DNA of 24,098 nt, taken from IMG/VR virus record IMGVR_UViG_3300009602_002561, positions 1 to 24,098 of that record. The stretch is one strand, 5' to 3'. Of the stretch, positions 1-8,412 are shown one piece after another. The notes below the pieces were generated by a model, which saw nothing but the letters and a program-made list of their open reading frames with translations, was not told where the DNA came from and made no database searches. The stretch comes from a virus (lineage: Duplodnaviria; Caudoviricetes). The position numbers were made by a program, and so were the translations under genes. The stretch's first letter is position 1. Each line of letters begins with the position of its first letter.

Positions 1-35
1 ACCTTATGTAGTTCCCCTCCGACCACGAGGCTGAC

Positions 36-1514
36 ATGACCCGCGAAGAATTCCTGCGTTTGGCCGCCGAAGGCCACAACCGCATCCCTCTGTCGTTCGA
101 AACCCTTGCTGACTTCGACACGCCGCTGACGCTCTATCTCAAGCTGGCCGACGCGCCTAACTCCTACCTGCTCGAGTCCGTACAGGGCGGCGAGAAGTGG
201 GGGCGCTATTCGATTATCGGCCTGCCGTGCCGCACCGTACTCAGGGTGCATGATCACAACGTTAGCGTGACCACCGATGGCATCGAGACCGAACAGTCCG
301 AAGTCGAGGATCCGTTGGCCTTCGTCGAAGCCTTTCAGCAGCGCTATCGTGTGGCGCCGGTCGAAGGCTTGCCGCGTTTCAATGGCGGGCTGGTCGGATA
401 CTTCGGTTACGACAGCGTGCGCTATGTCGAACGCAAGCTGGCGACCTGTCCCAATCCCGATCCGTTGGGCACGCCGGATATTCTGTTGATGGTCTCTGAC
501 GCCGTGGTGGTGTTCGACAACCTTGCCGGCAAACTGCACTGCATCGTGCTGGTCGATCCGGCGCAGCCAGACGCCTACGAGGCGGGGCAGGCGCAACTTC
601 AGGCGCTGCGCGAAAAACTGCGCCAGTCGATCACGCCGCGCCTGGGCCTGGACTTCGAGAATGGCGGCGGCACCGAGCCGACCTTCCGCTCCAGCTTCAG
701 CCGCGAGGACTACGAGCAGGCGGTTAACCGCATCAAGGACTACATCCTCGCCGGCGACTGCATGCAGGTGGTGATCTCCCAGCGCATGTCGATTCCCTTC
801 AAGGCCGCGCCGATCGATCTGTACCGCGCGCTGCGCTGCTTCAACCCGACGCCTTATATGTACTTCTTCAATTTCGGCGATTTCCACGTGGTGGGCTCGT
901 CGCCGGAAGTGCTGGTGCGGGTGGAGGAAGGACTGGTGACGGTCCGACCTATCGCTGGCACCCGCCCGCGCGGCGTCAACGAGGAAGCTGATCTGGCTCT
1001 GGAGCAGGATCTGCTCAGCGACGCCAAGGAACTGGCCGAACACTTGATGCTGATCGACCTGGGCCGCAACGACGTCGGCCGCGTGGCCGAGAATGGTTCG
1101 GTGCGGCTTACCGAAAAGATGGTCATCGAGCGCTACTCCAACGTGATGCATATTGTCTCCAACGTCACCGGCCAGCTCAAGGCGCCACTGACGGCCATGG
1201 ATGCGCTGCGCGCGATCCTGCCGGCCGGCACCCTGTCTGGTGCTCCGAAGGTCCGCGCCATGGAGATCATTGACGAACTCGAACCGGTAAAACGCGGCGT
1301 GTATGGCGGTGCAGTCGGCTATCTGGCCTGGAACGGCAACATGGATACCGCTATTGCTATCCGTACCGCAGTGATCAAGGACGGCGAACTGCACGTGCAG
1401 GCCGGTGCCGGCATCGTCGCCGACTCGCAACCGGCGCTGGAATGGGAAGAAACACTGAACAAACGCCGCGCGATGTTCCGCGCGGTGGCCTTGGCGGAGC
1501 ACGGGAGCGACTGA
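36..1514 (+). CDS. trpE: Anthranilate synthase component I
   Basis: 492 aa with LLES ([17 protein letters not shown]), [39 protein letters not shown] and [10 protein letters not shown] motifs typical of TrpE. Confidence 0.97.
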   Translation: MTREEFLRLAAEGHNRIPLSFETLADFDTPLTLYLKLADAPNSYLLESVQGGEKWGRYSIIGLPCRTVLRVHDHNVSVTTDGIETEQSEVEDPLAFVEAFQQRYRVAPVEGLPRFNGGLVGYFGYDSVRYVERKLATCPNPDPLGTPDILLMVSDAVVVFDNLAGKLHCIVLVDPAQPDAYEAGQAQLQALREKLRQSITPRLGLDFENGGGTEPTFRSSFSREDYEQAVNRIKDYILAGDCMQVVISQRMSIPFKAAPIDLYRALRCFNPTPYMYFFNFGDFHVVGSSPEVLVRVEEGLVTVRPIAGTRPRGVNEEADLALEQDLLSDAKELAEHLMLIDLGRNDVGRVAENGSVRLTEKMVIERYSNVMHIVSNVTGQLKAPLTAMDALRAILPAGTLSGAPKVRAMEIIDELEPVKRGVYGGAVGYLAWNGNMDTAIAIRTAVIKDGELHVQAGAGIVADSQPALEWEETLNKRRAMFRAVALAEHGSD

Positions 1515-1657
1515 CTTCGGCGCGGCTCAGGGGTTCATTCGGCGACTGCGACTAAAGTCCTTATTAGTTATATGGTAATGGCTATTGGCTAGCCATATAG
1601 TCGTGGAAGCCGAGCAGGATCGCTCGGCGATCCAACTCCAGCCAATTCGAGCCAGCC

Positions 1658-3823
1658 ATGTCGCAACTGCCGAGTCCCCGCTCATCCTCCGTTCGTCAGT
1701 CCTGGCCGTTGGCGTCATCGCTGGTGATTGCCCTCGCTGCGCTGCTGATGTTGGTCTGGCTGTTATCGAGTCTGGCGGATCTCAACGGCAGCCCGGTGTG
1801 GTTTCCGTTACCGCTGCACATCGCTGTCGAAACCTTCTCGATCGTTGTTGCCGCGTTGGTGTTCGCGGTGGCCTGGCACAGCCAGCAGCCAGTGCATCGA
1901 TCGAATCCGCTGCTCGCCTGTGCGTTTCTGGCCATCGCGCTGTTGGATCTGGCGCATATGCTGTCCTACCGGGGTATGCCCGTTTGGGTGACACCCGCTT
2001 CGGCGGAAAAGGCGATCGCCTTCTGGCTGGTTTCCCGCGTCTTGCTCGCCTTCACCCTGCTCGCCGTGGCGTGCCGCCTGTGCCATCGAAGCATTCCACT
2101 GCCGCGGCACCTGCTGTTGGCATCGTCGCTGGGCCTGGTCGCCCTGGTTGTTTATCTGCAGCTGTTTCAGCCGCAGCTGTGGCCGCGAACCTTTGTCGAA
2201 GGGGAGGGGCTGACCCGCTTCAAGGTCCAGATGGAATGGTTGATCATCAGCCTCTTCGCGCTGGCGGCATGGGTGTTCTGGCGGGCTCGCGAGGTTGAAG
2301 ACGGTGGCTATTTTGATGGAATGCTGGCCGCGACACTGGTCTCGATACTCGCCGAACTGTGCTTTACCGCCTACTCCAGCGTAAACAGCTTCTACAGCTT
2401 GCTCGGGCATCTGTACAAGATCGTCTCCTACGGCTTCATCTATCAGGTGGTGTTCGTTTCGAGTGTGCGGGCGCCGTATGAGCGGTTGGCGATCGAAATG
2501 AGCGAGCGGATCGCTGCGCAACAGCGCATTGACTATATGGCCCACTTCGACAGCCTGACGGGGTTGCCCAACTTGTCCCAGCTGGAGGACCGGACCCGTC
2601 AGGCGATGGCCAGCGCCCTGAAACTCAAGGGAGCAGTTGCGGTGCTGTATGTCGATCTTGATCATTTCAAGATGGTCAATGACTCGTTCGGGCGCAGCTT
2701 CGGTGACCAGCTGCTATGCACAACCGCAGTAAGGCTGCAGCAGGCATTGCCAGACAGCGCCATGCTCGCACGTGCCAGCGGCGACGAGTTCGTCGTGTTA
2801 TTGGCGGACCTGAAGAATGCCGAGGGTGCGTCGACTGTGATCCAGCTTGTCCTCGACGAATTGGCCGAACCCTTCATGGTTGAGCGTCAGCAGATCGTGG
2901 TGTCGATTTCCATTGGCGTCGCGGTCGGCCCGAACGATGGCATGGACTTTTCCTGCCTCCTGCGCAACGCAGAAATGGCTATGTACAAAGCCAAGGAAGC
3001 TGGGCGTCGGACCTGGTGCTACTACAACGCTGCCCTGGATACTGAGATGCGTGGGCGGCTGTACCTGATCAACGGCCTGCGGCTTGCTATCGAGCGAGAG
3101 GAGTTTTTTCTGGAGTACCAGCTGCAGCTGGACCTCGCCAGTGGCAGGGTAGTGGGCGCTGAAGCCTTGTTGCGCTGGCAGCATCCGCAGTGGGGGTTGG
3201 TCGCCCCCGGGCAGTTCATTCCTGCAGCGGAACAGAGTGGTCTGATCGTCGATATCGGCGAGTGGATCATTCTTGAGGCGTGCCGACAGGCAGCACGGTG
3301 GCAGGCTGAAAAGCTGGACATCCCGCGTGTCGCTGTGAACGTCGCGGCGATACAACTGCACCAGGGCTCGCTGGAACAGACTGTAGCCGCTGCCTTGGCG
3401 CAGACCGGTCTGCCGGCTTCGGCGCTGGAGCTTGAGCTGACCGAGTCCAGCCTCGTCGACAACACTGAGCAGGTGATGATTGCGCTGGCAGGTCTGAAGG
3501 CTCTGGGAGTTACGCTGTCTATCGATGATTTCGGCACCGGGTATTCATGTCTGGCGTATCTTCGGCGGTTGTCGGTGGACACCTTGAAGATTGATCGCTC
3601 CTTTGTCAGCGATCTACCCAACGAAGACGGCCATGCCATCGTCGCCGCTATCATCCACATGGCCGGGTCGCTCGGGCTGAACACGCTGGCAGAGGGGGTC
3701 GAGGACGAGGCCACTGCTGCGGAGCTGCTTCGACTTGGCTGCCGGCAAGCGCAGGGTTTTTTTTACGCTCGGCCGGTTCCGGCATCCGCACTACCCGCCG
3801 CTATCGCTTCGCTGCCGGTATAG
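1658..3823 (+). CDS. Membrane-anchored diguanylate cyclase/phosphodiesterase (MASE3-GGDEF-EAL)
   Basis: Multi-TM N-terminus with MASE3-like HxxxE and DLAHMLSYRGMP motifs. GGDEF domain (HFDSLTGLPN, DLDHFKMVNDSFG, variant SGDEF). EAL domain (EALLRW, ELELTES, DDFGTGYS, LKIDRSF, AEGVE). Confidence 0.93.
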   Translation: MSQLPSPRSSSVRQSWPLASSLVIALAALLMLVWLLSSLADLNGSPVWFPLPLHIAVETFSIVVAALVFAVAWHSQQPVHRSNPLLACAFLAIALLDLAHMLSYRGMPVWVTPASAEKAIAFWLVSRVLLAFTLLAVACRLCHRSIPLPRHLLLASSLGLVALVVYLQLFQPQLWPRTFVEGEGLTRFKVQMEWLIISLFALAAWVFWRAREVEDGGYFDGMLAATLVSILAELCFTAYSSVNSFYSLLGHLYKIVSYGFIYQVVFVSSVRAPYERLAIEMSERIAAQQRIDYMAHFDSLTGLPNLSQLEDRTRQAMASALKLKGAVAVLYVDLDHFKMVNDSFGRSFGDQLLCTTAVRLQQALPDSAMLARASGDEFVVLLADLKNAEGASTVIQLVLDELAEPFMVERQQIVVSISIGVAVGPNDGMDFSCLLRNAEMAMYKAKEAGRRTWCYYNAALDTEMRGRLYLINGLRLAIEREEFFLEYQLQLDLASGRVVGAEALLRWQHPQWGLVAPGQFIPAAEQSGLIVDIGEWIILEACRQAARWQAEKLDIPRVAVNVAAIQLHQGSLEQTVAAALAQTGLPASALELELTESSLVDNTEQVMIALAGLKALGVTLSIDDFGTGYSCLAYLRRLSVDTLKIDRSFVSDLPNEDGHAIVAAIIHMAGSLGLNTLAEGVEDEATAAELLRLGCRQAQGFFYARPVPASALPAAIASLPV

Positions 3824-4132
3824 GGCGCCCGGCTTGGCTGTAGCGGGCAAGCGATGCTCTGGTATAGTCCGGTTGAAATCGTGGCCTGGCATGGGCTACT
3901 TTGCGCTGTCAGCTCTGCGAGACCTTTTCCGTGAAATTCAGCAGCACCCTCCTGATGCGTCTGTTCAAGGCCCATGCCCGCTGGCGTTGGCGCGCCTGAT
4001 CCTCGTTGCTGGCCCCGTGCCGGAATACCCCGTTCACACCTGTATTGCCGATCGTTCTGCCGAGTCGCTATCGCGCCGGTTCGGACCGTCATGGCAGGTG
4101 GTGGATCAGCCTCAAGCCCTAGGGTGACGCAA

Positions 4133-4162
4133 ATGCTGCTAATGCTGGATAACCGGCATTAA
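4133..4162 (+). pseudogene. trpG: 5' stub of trpG (anthranilate synthase component II) truncated by prophage insertion; attL region
   Basis: ATG CTG CTA ATG CTG GAT AAC CGG CAT TAA = MLLMLDN-RH*. The first 7 residues match the conserved TrpG/PabA N-terminus MLL(M)(I/L)DNYDSF, then diverge. It lies downstream of trpE and ~160 bp before the integrase. Confidence 0.8.
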
Positions 4163-4269
4163 CTTCCGCCGATGTCCGTTGCTGTCCGGTTTTTCTGCTG
4201 AGTAGCCCGGATTTGCTAGCCTTAACAGCCGTCAGCGTCCGCCGTCCTCCGGCGACATCCTTGAAAAAA

Positions 4270-4316
4270 GCGGGTATCGTTGCGGGTATCAAATCGACTG
4301 ATACCCGCATACCCGC
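4270..4316. promoter_or_regulatory. Integrase arm-type binding sites
   Basis: GCGGGTATC direct repeats at 4270-4278 and 4282-4290, and inverted copies GATACCCGC 4300-4308 and ATACCCGC 4309-4316, just upstream of the int ATG. This layout is typical of P4-family integrase att arms. Confidence 0.7.
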
Positions 4317-4319
4317 ACC

Positions 4320-5498
4320 ATGCCCCTCACCGACGTAAAGATCAGGCAGGCCAAGCCAGGTGCTGCTGCGCTCAAGCTCACCGATGGTGGTGGGCTCTAT
4401 CTCGAGGTTCGCCCGAACGGCTCGAAGCTGTGGCGGTACCGCTATCGCATTGCCGGAAAGGAAAACGTATTCGCGCTGGGTGCATACCCGCAGGTCACAT
4501 TGGCAGATGCCAGGGCGGAGCGGGACGTGGCGCGTGAGCACGTCAAGGCTGGGCGCCACCCTTCGCATGTGCGCCAGACGGAGAAGGCGCAGCAGCTGGC
4601 CGAGAACCGCAACACCTTCAAGGTGGTAGCCGAAGAGTGGATCGATGAACGACTGGCGGCTCGTACCGAGGCCTATCGGCGCCAAGTGCGGCGGGTATTT
4701 GAAGCTGACGTCTACCCACGCATCGGGCGCTTGCCGATGCGTGAGGTCACTGCGGCGCATGTGCTGGATATCCTGACCAGGATGAGCAAGCGGGGTGCTA
4801 GCTCGTATGCCTTGCTCGTGCGGCAGTGGATATCCGCCGTGTTCCGATTCGGCGTTGCCACGCTGCGGGCAGATGCCGACCCGGCCGCGGCATTAAAGGG
4901 CGCGATTCAACGGAAGCCGATCAATCACTCCAAGCCGATGGCCGAAGCCGATCTCGCTAAGTTTTATCGCGCACTGGCCGACTATAAAGGGCATCGAGTC
5001 ACAGTGATTGCGCTTTACCTGCTACCGATGCTGTTTACCCGCACGGTGGAGCTGCGATGCGCTAGGTGGTCAGAGTTCGATCTGGACGGTGCGGTCTGGG
5101 AGATTCCTGCTGAGCGGATGAAGATGCGCCGCAAGCACCTGGTGCCGTTGCCTCGCCAGGCGGTGGACCTACTGCGGGAGTTGCGGCGGATTACGGCAGG
5201 CGAGTTGTTGTTTCCTGGTCTGCGTCATCCAGACAAGCCGATCAGTCCGACCACCCTGAACCGGGCGCTGGAGTACCTCGGCATGGATGGCTGGCATTGC
5301 CATGACTTCCGCGCTACGGCTTCAACCCATCTCTATGAGTCGGGGCGGTGGCGCAGTGAGGTGGTTGAGTTGCAGTTGGCCCATGCAGAGAAAAGCAGCA
5401 CAAGGGCTGCTTACAATCATGCTCAGTATCTATCTGAGCGCAAAGAGATGATGCAGTGGTGGGCCAATTGGATAACAGCAGCAGCAGGCGATGTATAA
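4320..5498 (+). CDS. int: P4-family tyrosine integrase
   Basis: N-terminal arm-binding domain (MPLTDVKIRQAKP...LTDGGGLYLEVRPNGSKLWRYRY). Catalytic R (TRTVELR), HDFR, LAH and AAYN (Tyr). Confidence 0.97.
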   Translation: MPLTDVKIRQAKPGAAALKLTDGGGLYLEVRPNGSKLWRYRYRIAGKENVFALGAYPQVTLADARAERDVAREHVKAGRHPSHVRQTEKAQQLAENRNTFKVVAEEWIDERLAARTEAYRRQVRRVFEADVYPRIGRLPMREVTAAHVLDILTRMSKRGASSYALLVRQWISAVFRFGVATLRADADPAAALKGAIQRKPINHSKPMAEADLAKFYRALADYKGHRVTVIALYLLPMLFTRTVELRCARWSEFDLDGAVWEIPAERMKMRRKHLVPLPRQAVDLLRELRRITAGELLFPGLRHPDKPISPTTLNRALEYLGMDGWHCHDFRATASTHLYESGRWRSEVVELQLAHAEKSSTRAAYNHAQYLSERKEMMQWWANWITAAAGDV

Positions 5499-5566
5499 TC
5501 GGGATTTCATATTTTAAGCGCTAGCTCTGCGAACAAACACGGAGCCCCAGCTGATGGAGCGTAGTA

Positions 5567-6583
5567 ATGCGGGGCATAAGCTTGGATCGCTCGATAAGCC
5601 TCCCATGGGGCCTAGGAGCAGAGGATGCCGACGAACTTTTCAAGGTTTGTCACCAAATGCGCATCGCTGAAGAATCGATTGTGCTAGATGCTAGCAGGCT
5701 TCACTTCATCGATCCGTTAGGCATGGCTACGTTGCGTGCTTTGCTAGAAGAGCAGGCGGCAACTAAAGACATCGAGATTCAGTTTCTTTCCACTGACCTT
5801 ACCGGCTATCTAGCTCGTATGGATTTCTTCAAGGATCTGGAGATCGGCGGCGTAGATCTCAGTCGAATCGGGAATAGGCAAGATCGTAGCGGTTCATTGG
5901 TCGAAATCACCAAAGTAACTAGCTTGATGGAGGCTGAAACAACAGCATCGCGGTTGGCCGAGGCGCTGACGGGAAGCCTCACCAAGTCAGATCGCAATGC
6001 GCCTGTAGATGAGGCCACAGGCCGAAACGAGTTCGATGCGTACCGCAGGCCGATAGAGTATTCGCTTAAAGAGTTACTGCAGAACTCACTGACACATGCG
6101 CGTCGTGAGGGCAGGGGAGAAGCTTCGGTCTGGGTCACGTGCCAGTACTATCCACGCAAAGAGCTAGTGCGGATGGCGATCGTTGACAATGGCTGCGGTT
6201 TTTTAGCCACACTGCGTGCGCATCCTGAAGTGGTCGAGAAAACACATCAGGGGGCTATAGAAGCGGCGCTGCGCCCTCGGGTGAGCTGTAATCGGGGACC
6301 TATGGCGCAGTTTGGTGGAACCGAGAACCAAGGGGTGGGTCTGACTACTACTGCAAGGATTGCAGAGGTAGCCGGTGGCAGCATCTTGGTCGCGAGTGGT
6401 GATGCCATGCACCACACCGGTACTAAGCAAAGTCGGGTCATGGAAAACATAGGCTGGGAAGGCGTGTCGATCAGCTTCCTATGCAAGCGGTCCCAGCTGC
6501 CGAGTGTCTCGATTGGTGAATTGCTTCCTGCAGATCCTGCGATTTCTGCGGAACAAGATCTCGGAATTTTTCAGTTTCGTTAG
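5567..6583 (+). CDS. STAS-like + HATPase_c (GHKL, anti-sigma-factor/Ser-kinase-like) protein
   Basis: N-terminal STAS-like segment (IVLDASRLHFIDPLGMATLRALL). C-terminal GHKL boxes: N box ELLQNSLTHA, G1 IVDNGCGF, G2 NQGVGL. No evident HisKA phospho-His box. RBS GGAG upstream. Confidence 0.8.
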   Translation: MRGISLDRSISLPWGLGAEDADELFKVCHQMRIAEESIVLDASRLHFIDPLGMATLRALLEEQAATKDIEIQFLSTDLTGYLARMDFFKDLEIGGVDLSRIGNRQDRSGSLVEITKVTSLMEAETTASRLAEALTGSLTKSDRNAPVDEATGRNEFDAYRRPIEYSLKELLQNSLTHARREGRGEASVWVTCQYYPRKELVRMAIVDNGCGFLATLRAHPEVVEKTHQGAIEAALRPRVSCNRGPMAQFGGTENQGVGLTTTARIAEVAGGSILVASGDAMHHTGTKQSRVMENIGWEGVSISFLCKRSQLPSVSIGELLPADPAISAEQDLGIFQFR

Positions 6584-6704
6584 CAAGTGCTATAGATAAT
6601 AGAAGCTGCAGAATGTACATTCATAACCGTTAGAACGTTAACCGCAGCGAGCATTTTCGAGTTTTCTGCGGTCAATGTTTACAGGGATCGGTAGGAGAAA
6701 CCAC

Positions 6705-7013
6705 ATGCAAGCCCAGGTATGCCTGAAGCAAGATGACTCGGTGAGAACCTACGGAATCAGAGCAACAGCGGTGCCCTACCGCGATCAGATCGAGCAGCTT
6801 CTGCCGAGCGTTGAAAGTGTTGTGATCGACTTCGGCAACCGCGACGCTACGCAGTCGTTCGTTGATGAGCTGATCGGAGCTTTGGTTCTTCGACATGGCG
6901 GCCAAGTTATGTCAAAGCTCATCTTTGAAAAGTGTAATGACGAGGTGAAGGCAATCATCCGTTTCGTTGTGCTGGACCGTATTCAGCAGCTCTCCACGCG
7001 CGTGGCCGCTTAG
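6705..7013 (+). CDS. STAS-like (DUF4325-type) protein
   Basis: ATG 6705 preceded by AGGAGA. VVIDFGNRDATQSFVDELIGAL matches the STAS-like 'v.iDF......SF.dE.fg.L' signature. Confidence 0.8.
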   Translation: MQAQVCLKQDDSVRTYGIRATAVPYRDQIEQLLPSVESVVIDFGNRDATQSFVDELIGALVLRHGGQVMSKLIFEKCNDEVKAIIRFVVLDRIQQLSTRVAA

Positions 7014-7060
7014 ACCGCTAGAGCAGCTTGTTCAGCAAGCGTTTCCCTCCATCAGTCATC

Positions 7061-7092
7061 AGGTCGCCTTTTCTTGGCGGCCTTTTGCTTTT
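7061..7092 (+). terminator. Rho-independent terminator
   Basis: AGGTCGCC-ttttctt-GGCGGCCT stem (one G-U) followed by TTTGCTTTT. Confidence 0.65.
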
Positions 7093-7170
7093 CGTGCCTT
7101 TTTATCTGCTTGAGCCACCATTGTCTTGGCTTCTGGCGAAAACCGATGTGGCTCATCGAGAGGGCCGACG

Positions 7171-7524
7171 ATGGATCGTTATAGGGTGTTCAGCAACGCG
7201 GACAAGGATGGCCAGCGTCGGTGGTACCACGCGTGCGTGCAGCGCAAGATTCCATACATTCAGGTTCTGAATCGGTCCAAGCTCGCCAAGGTTGAGTGGG
7301 ATTACATTACCCTGCCTAGTGACCTAGACAACGCGGTCTTCGATCGAGAGGACGAGATATCGTCTGCTTTACAGGATATCTATAAATCCGCAGCGGGCCC
7401 TAAGCGCTCGTATTACGGCAGCGCTGTCGTAGGGTATATGGACAATATGGCCATCGAGAGCGCCGAGCCTGCCGCAGCTAAGATAGCGGGGCTCTTCGAG
7501 CGAATACTGAGCCAGCCTAAGTGA
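7171..7524 (+). CDS. Hypothetical protein (117 aa), phage cargo
   Basis: ATG 7171 with GAGAGGG RBS. Globular-looking sequence. Converges on the alpA stop. Confidence 0.65.
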   Translation: MDRYRVFSNADKDGQRRWYHACVQRKIPYIQVLNRSKLAKVEWDYITLPSDLDNAVFDREDEISSALQDIYKSAAGPKRSYYGSAVVGYMDNMAIESAEPAAAKIAGLFERILSQPK

Positions 7525-7526
7525 TA

Positions 7527-7727
7527 CTAGGCCGCCTTTCTGGCGGCCTTTTGCATTTCTACCCATCCCTGAATCTCCGACTGCGACCAGCGCGAATATC
7601 GGCCTAGCTTGATCGGTGCTGGGAATGCCTCGGCGGCAATCATTTCGTAGATCGCGGACTTACCCAGCCCCACCTGGCGGCACACCTCTGGCAGCTTGAT
7701 CAGGATGTCGATTGCTGGCTGGTTCAT
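7527..7727 (-). CDS. AlpA-family excisionase / recombination directionality factor
   Basis: LIKLPEVCRQVGLGKSAIYEMIAAEAFPAPIKLGRYSRWSQSEIQGW is a classic AlpA wHTH. Confidence 0.93.
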   Translation of the reverse strand: MNQPAIDILIKLPEVCRQVGLGKSAIYEMIAAEAFPAPIKLGRYSRWSQSEIQGWVEMQKAARKAA

Positions 7728-8017
7728 CGCCGTGCTCTCCGCTTACTGCTGCCGCCCCGGGAGGTGGCTCGCCAGCTGACGAAGCTGGCGATGTTGCCAG
7801 CCTCGTCTCCGATCGCGCCGATGGTGTGGTCCATGATTGCGCGCATTTCTTCGAACGTGGCGCGCTGTATGGTTTTGGTGCTCTCGACCAGGGTGCGGCC
7901 GTCCGGTGTTTTCACCAGGTACTCAACAGCCCAGCGCATTGGCTTCCGCGGCGGGGTGCCGCTGACTTTGGCCTGCTCGTTGGGCATTTCGGTGGTGTAG
8001 AAGATGGTGCAGCTCAT
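7724..8017 (-). CDS. Hypothetical phage protein
   Basis: ATGA-type overlaps with both neighbours in the leftward operon. Confidence 0.7.
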   Translation of the reverse strand: MSCTIFYTTEMPNEQAKVSGTPPRKPMRWAVEYLVKTPDGRTLVESTKTIQRATFEEMRAIMDHTIGAIGDEAGNIASFVSWRATSRGGSSKRRARR

Positions 8018-8412
8018 GCCGCGCCTTCCTGCTGCTCTGTATCGAGCAGCTGGATAGGGATCTCAATCGCCTGGCCGTGCAAGTGCGTGACCATGGCGCG
8101 CAGACCGGCAGTAACCATGCGGTCTGCAGTGTGGCCGGTACGGATACCGGCTTGCAGGCAGCTCGCTCCGTTGTAGTGGAAGTGCAGCTCAAGGCGAGCT
8201 TGTTGGCCGTACCGACAGAAAAGTGCCCAGGCTTCGCCCGGATCACGGTCCGGGCGAAAAGGGCGCAATCCGTGCGTCTCTATAACGAATAGCCGAGGAC
8301 CGCTGCCGTATTCGCTGGGCAGAATCTCCATTGGACGCTGCATCGCATGGCCGACAGCATAGGCCAGCGCGATGCCGGTCAGCTGCGAGGTGCTGATAGG
8401 TTTGCTGGTCAT
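8014..8412 (-). CDS. NinX/DUF2591-like phage protein
   Basis: Start 8412 overlaps the upstream stop. TSQLTGIALAYAVG...F.P..D...AW...G.T..TAGLRAMV...G..IEIP pattern resembles DUF2591. Confidence 0.55.
   Translation of the reverse strand: MTSKPISTSQLTGIALAYAVGHAMQRPMEILPSEYGSGPRLFVIETHGLRPFRPDRDPGEAWALFCRYGQQARLELHFHYNGASCLQAGIRTGHTADRMVTAGLRAMVTHLHGQAIEIPIQLLDTEQQEGAA

Noticed and set aside
1585-3714. Long alternative-frame and antisense ORFs over the GGDEF-EAL gene (1585-2298, 1808-2665, 3022-3714)
   Set aside because: Shadow ORFs expected in GC-rich coding DNA; no motifs.
3824-4320. tRNA/tmRNA as the integration target
   Set aside because: No cloverleaf or T-loop motif seen; the trpG stub explains the site.
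5567-6583. Classical two-component sensor histidine kinase
   Set aside because: No HisKA His-box, TM segments or response regulator; the partner is a STAS protein.
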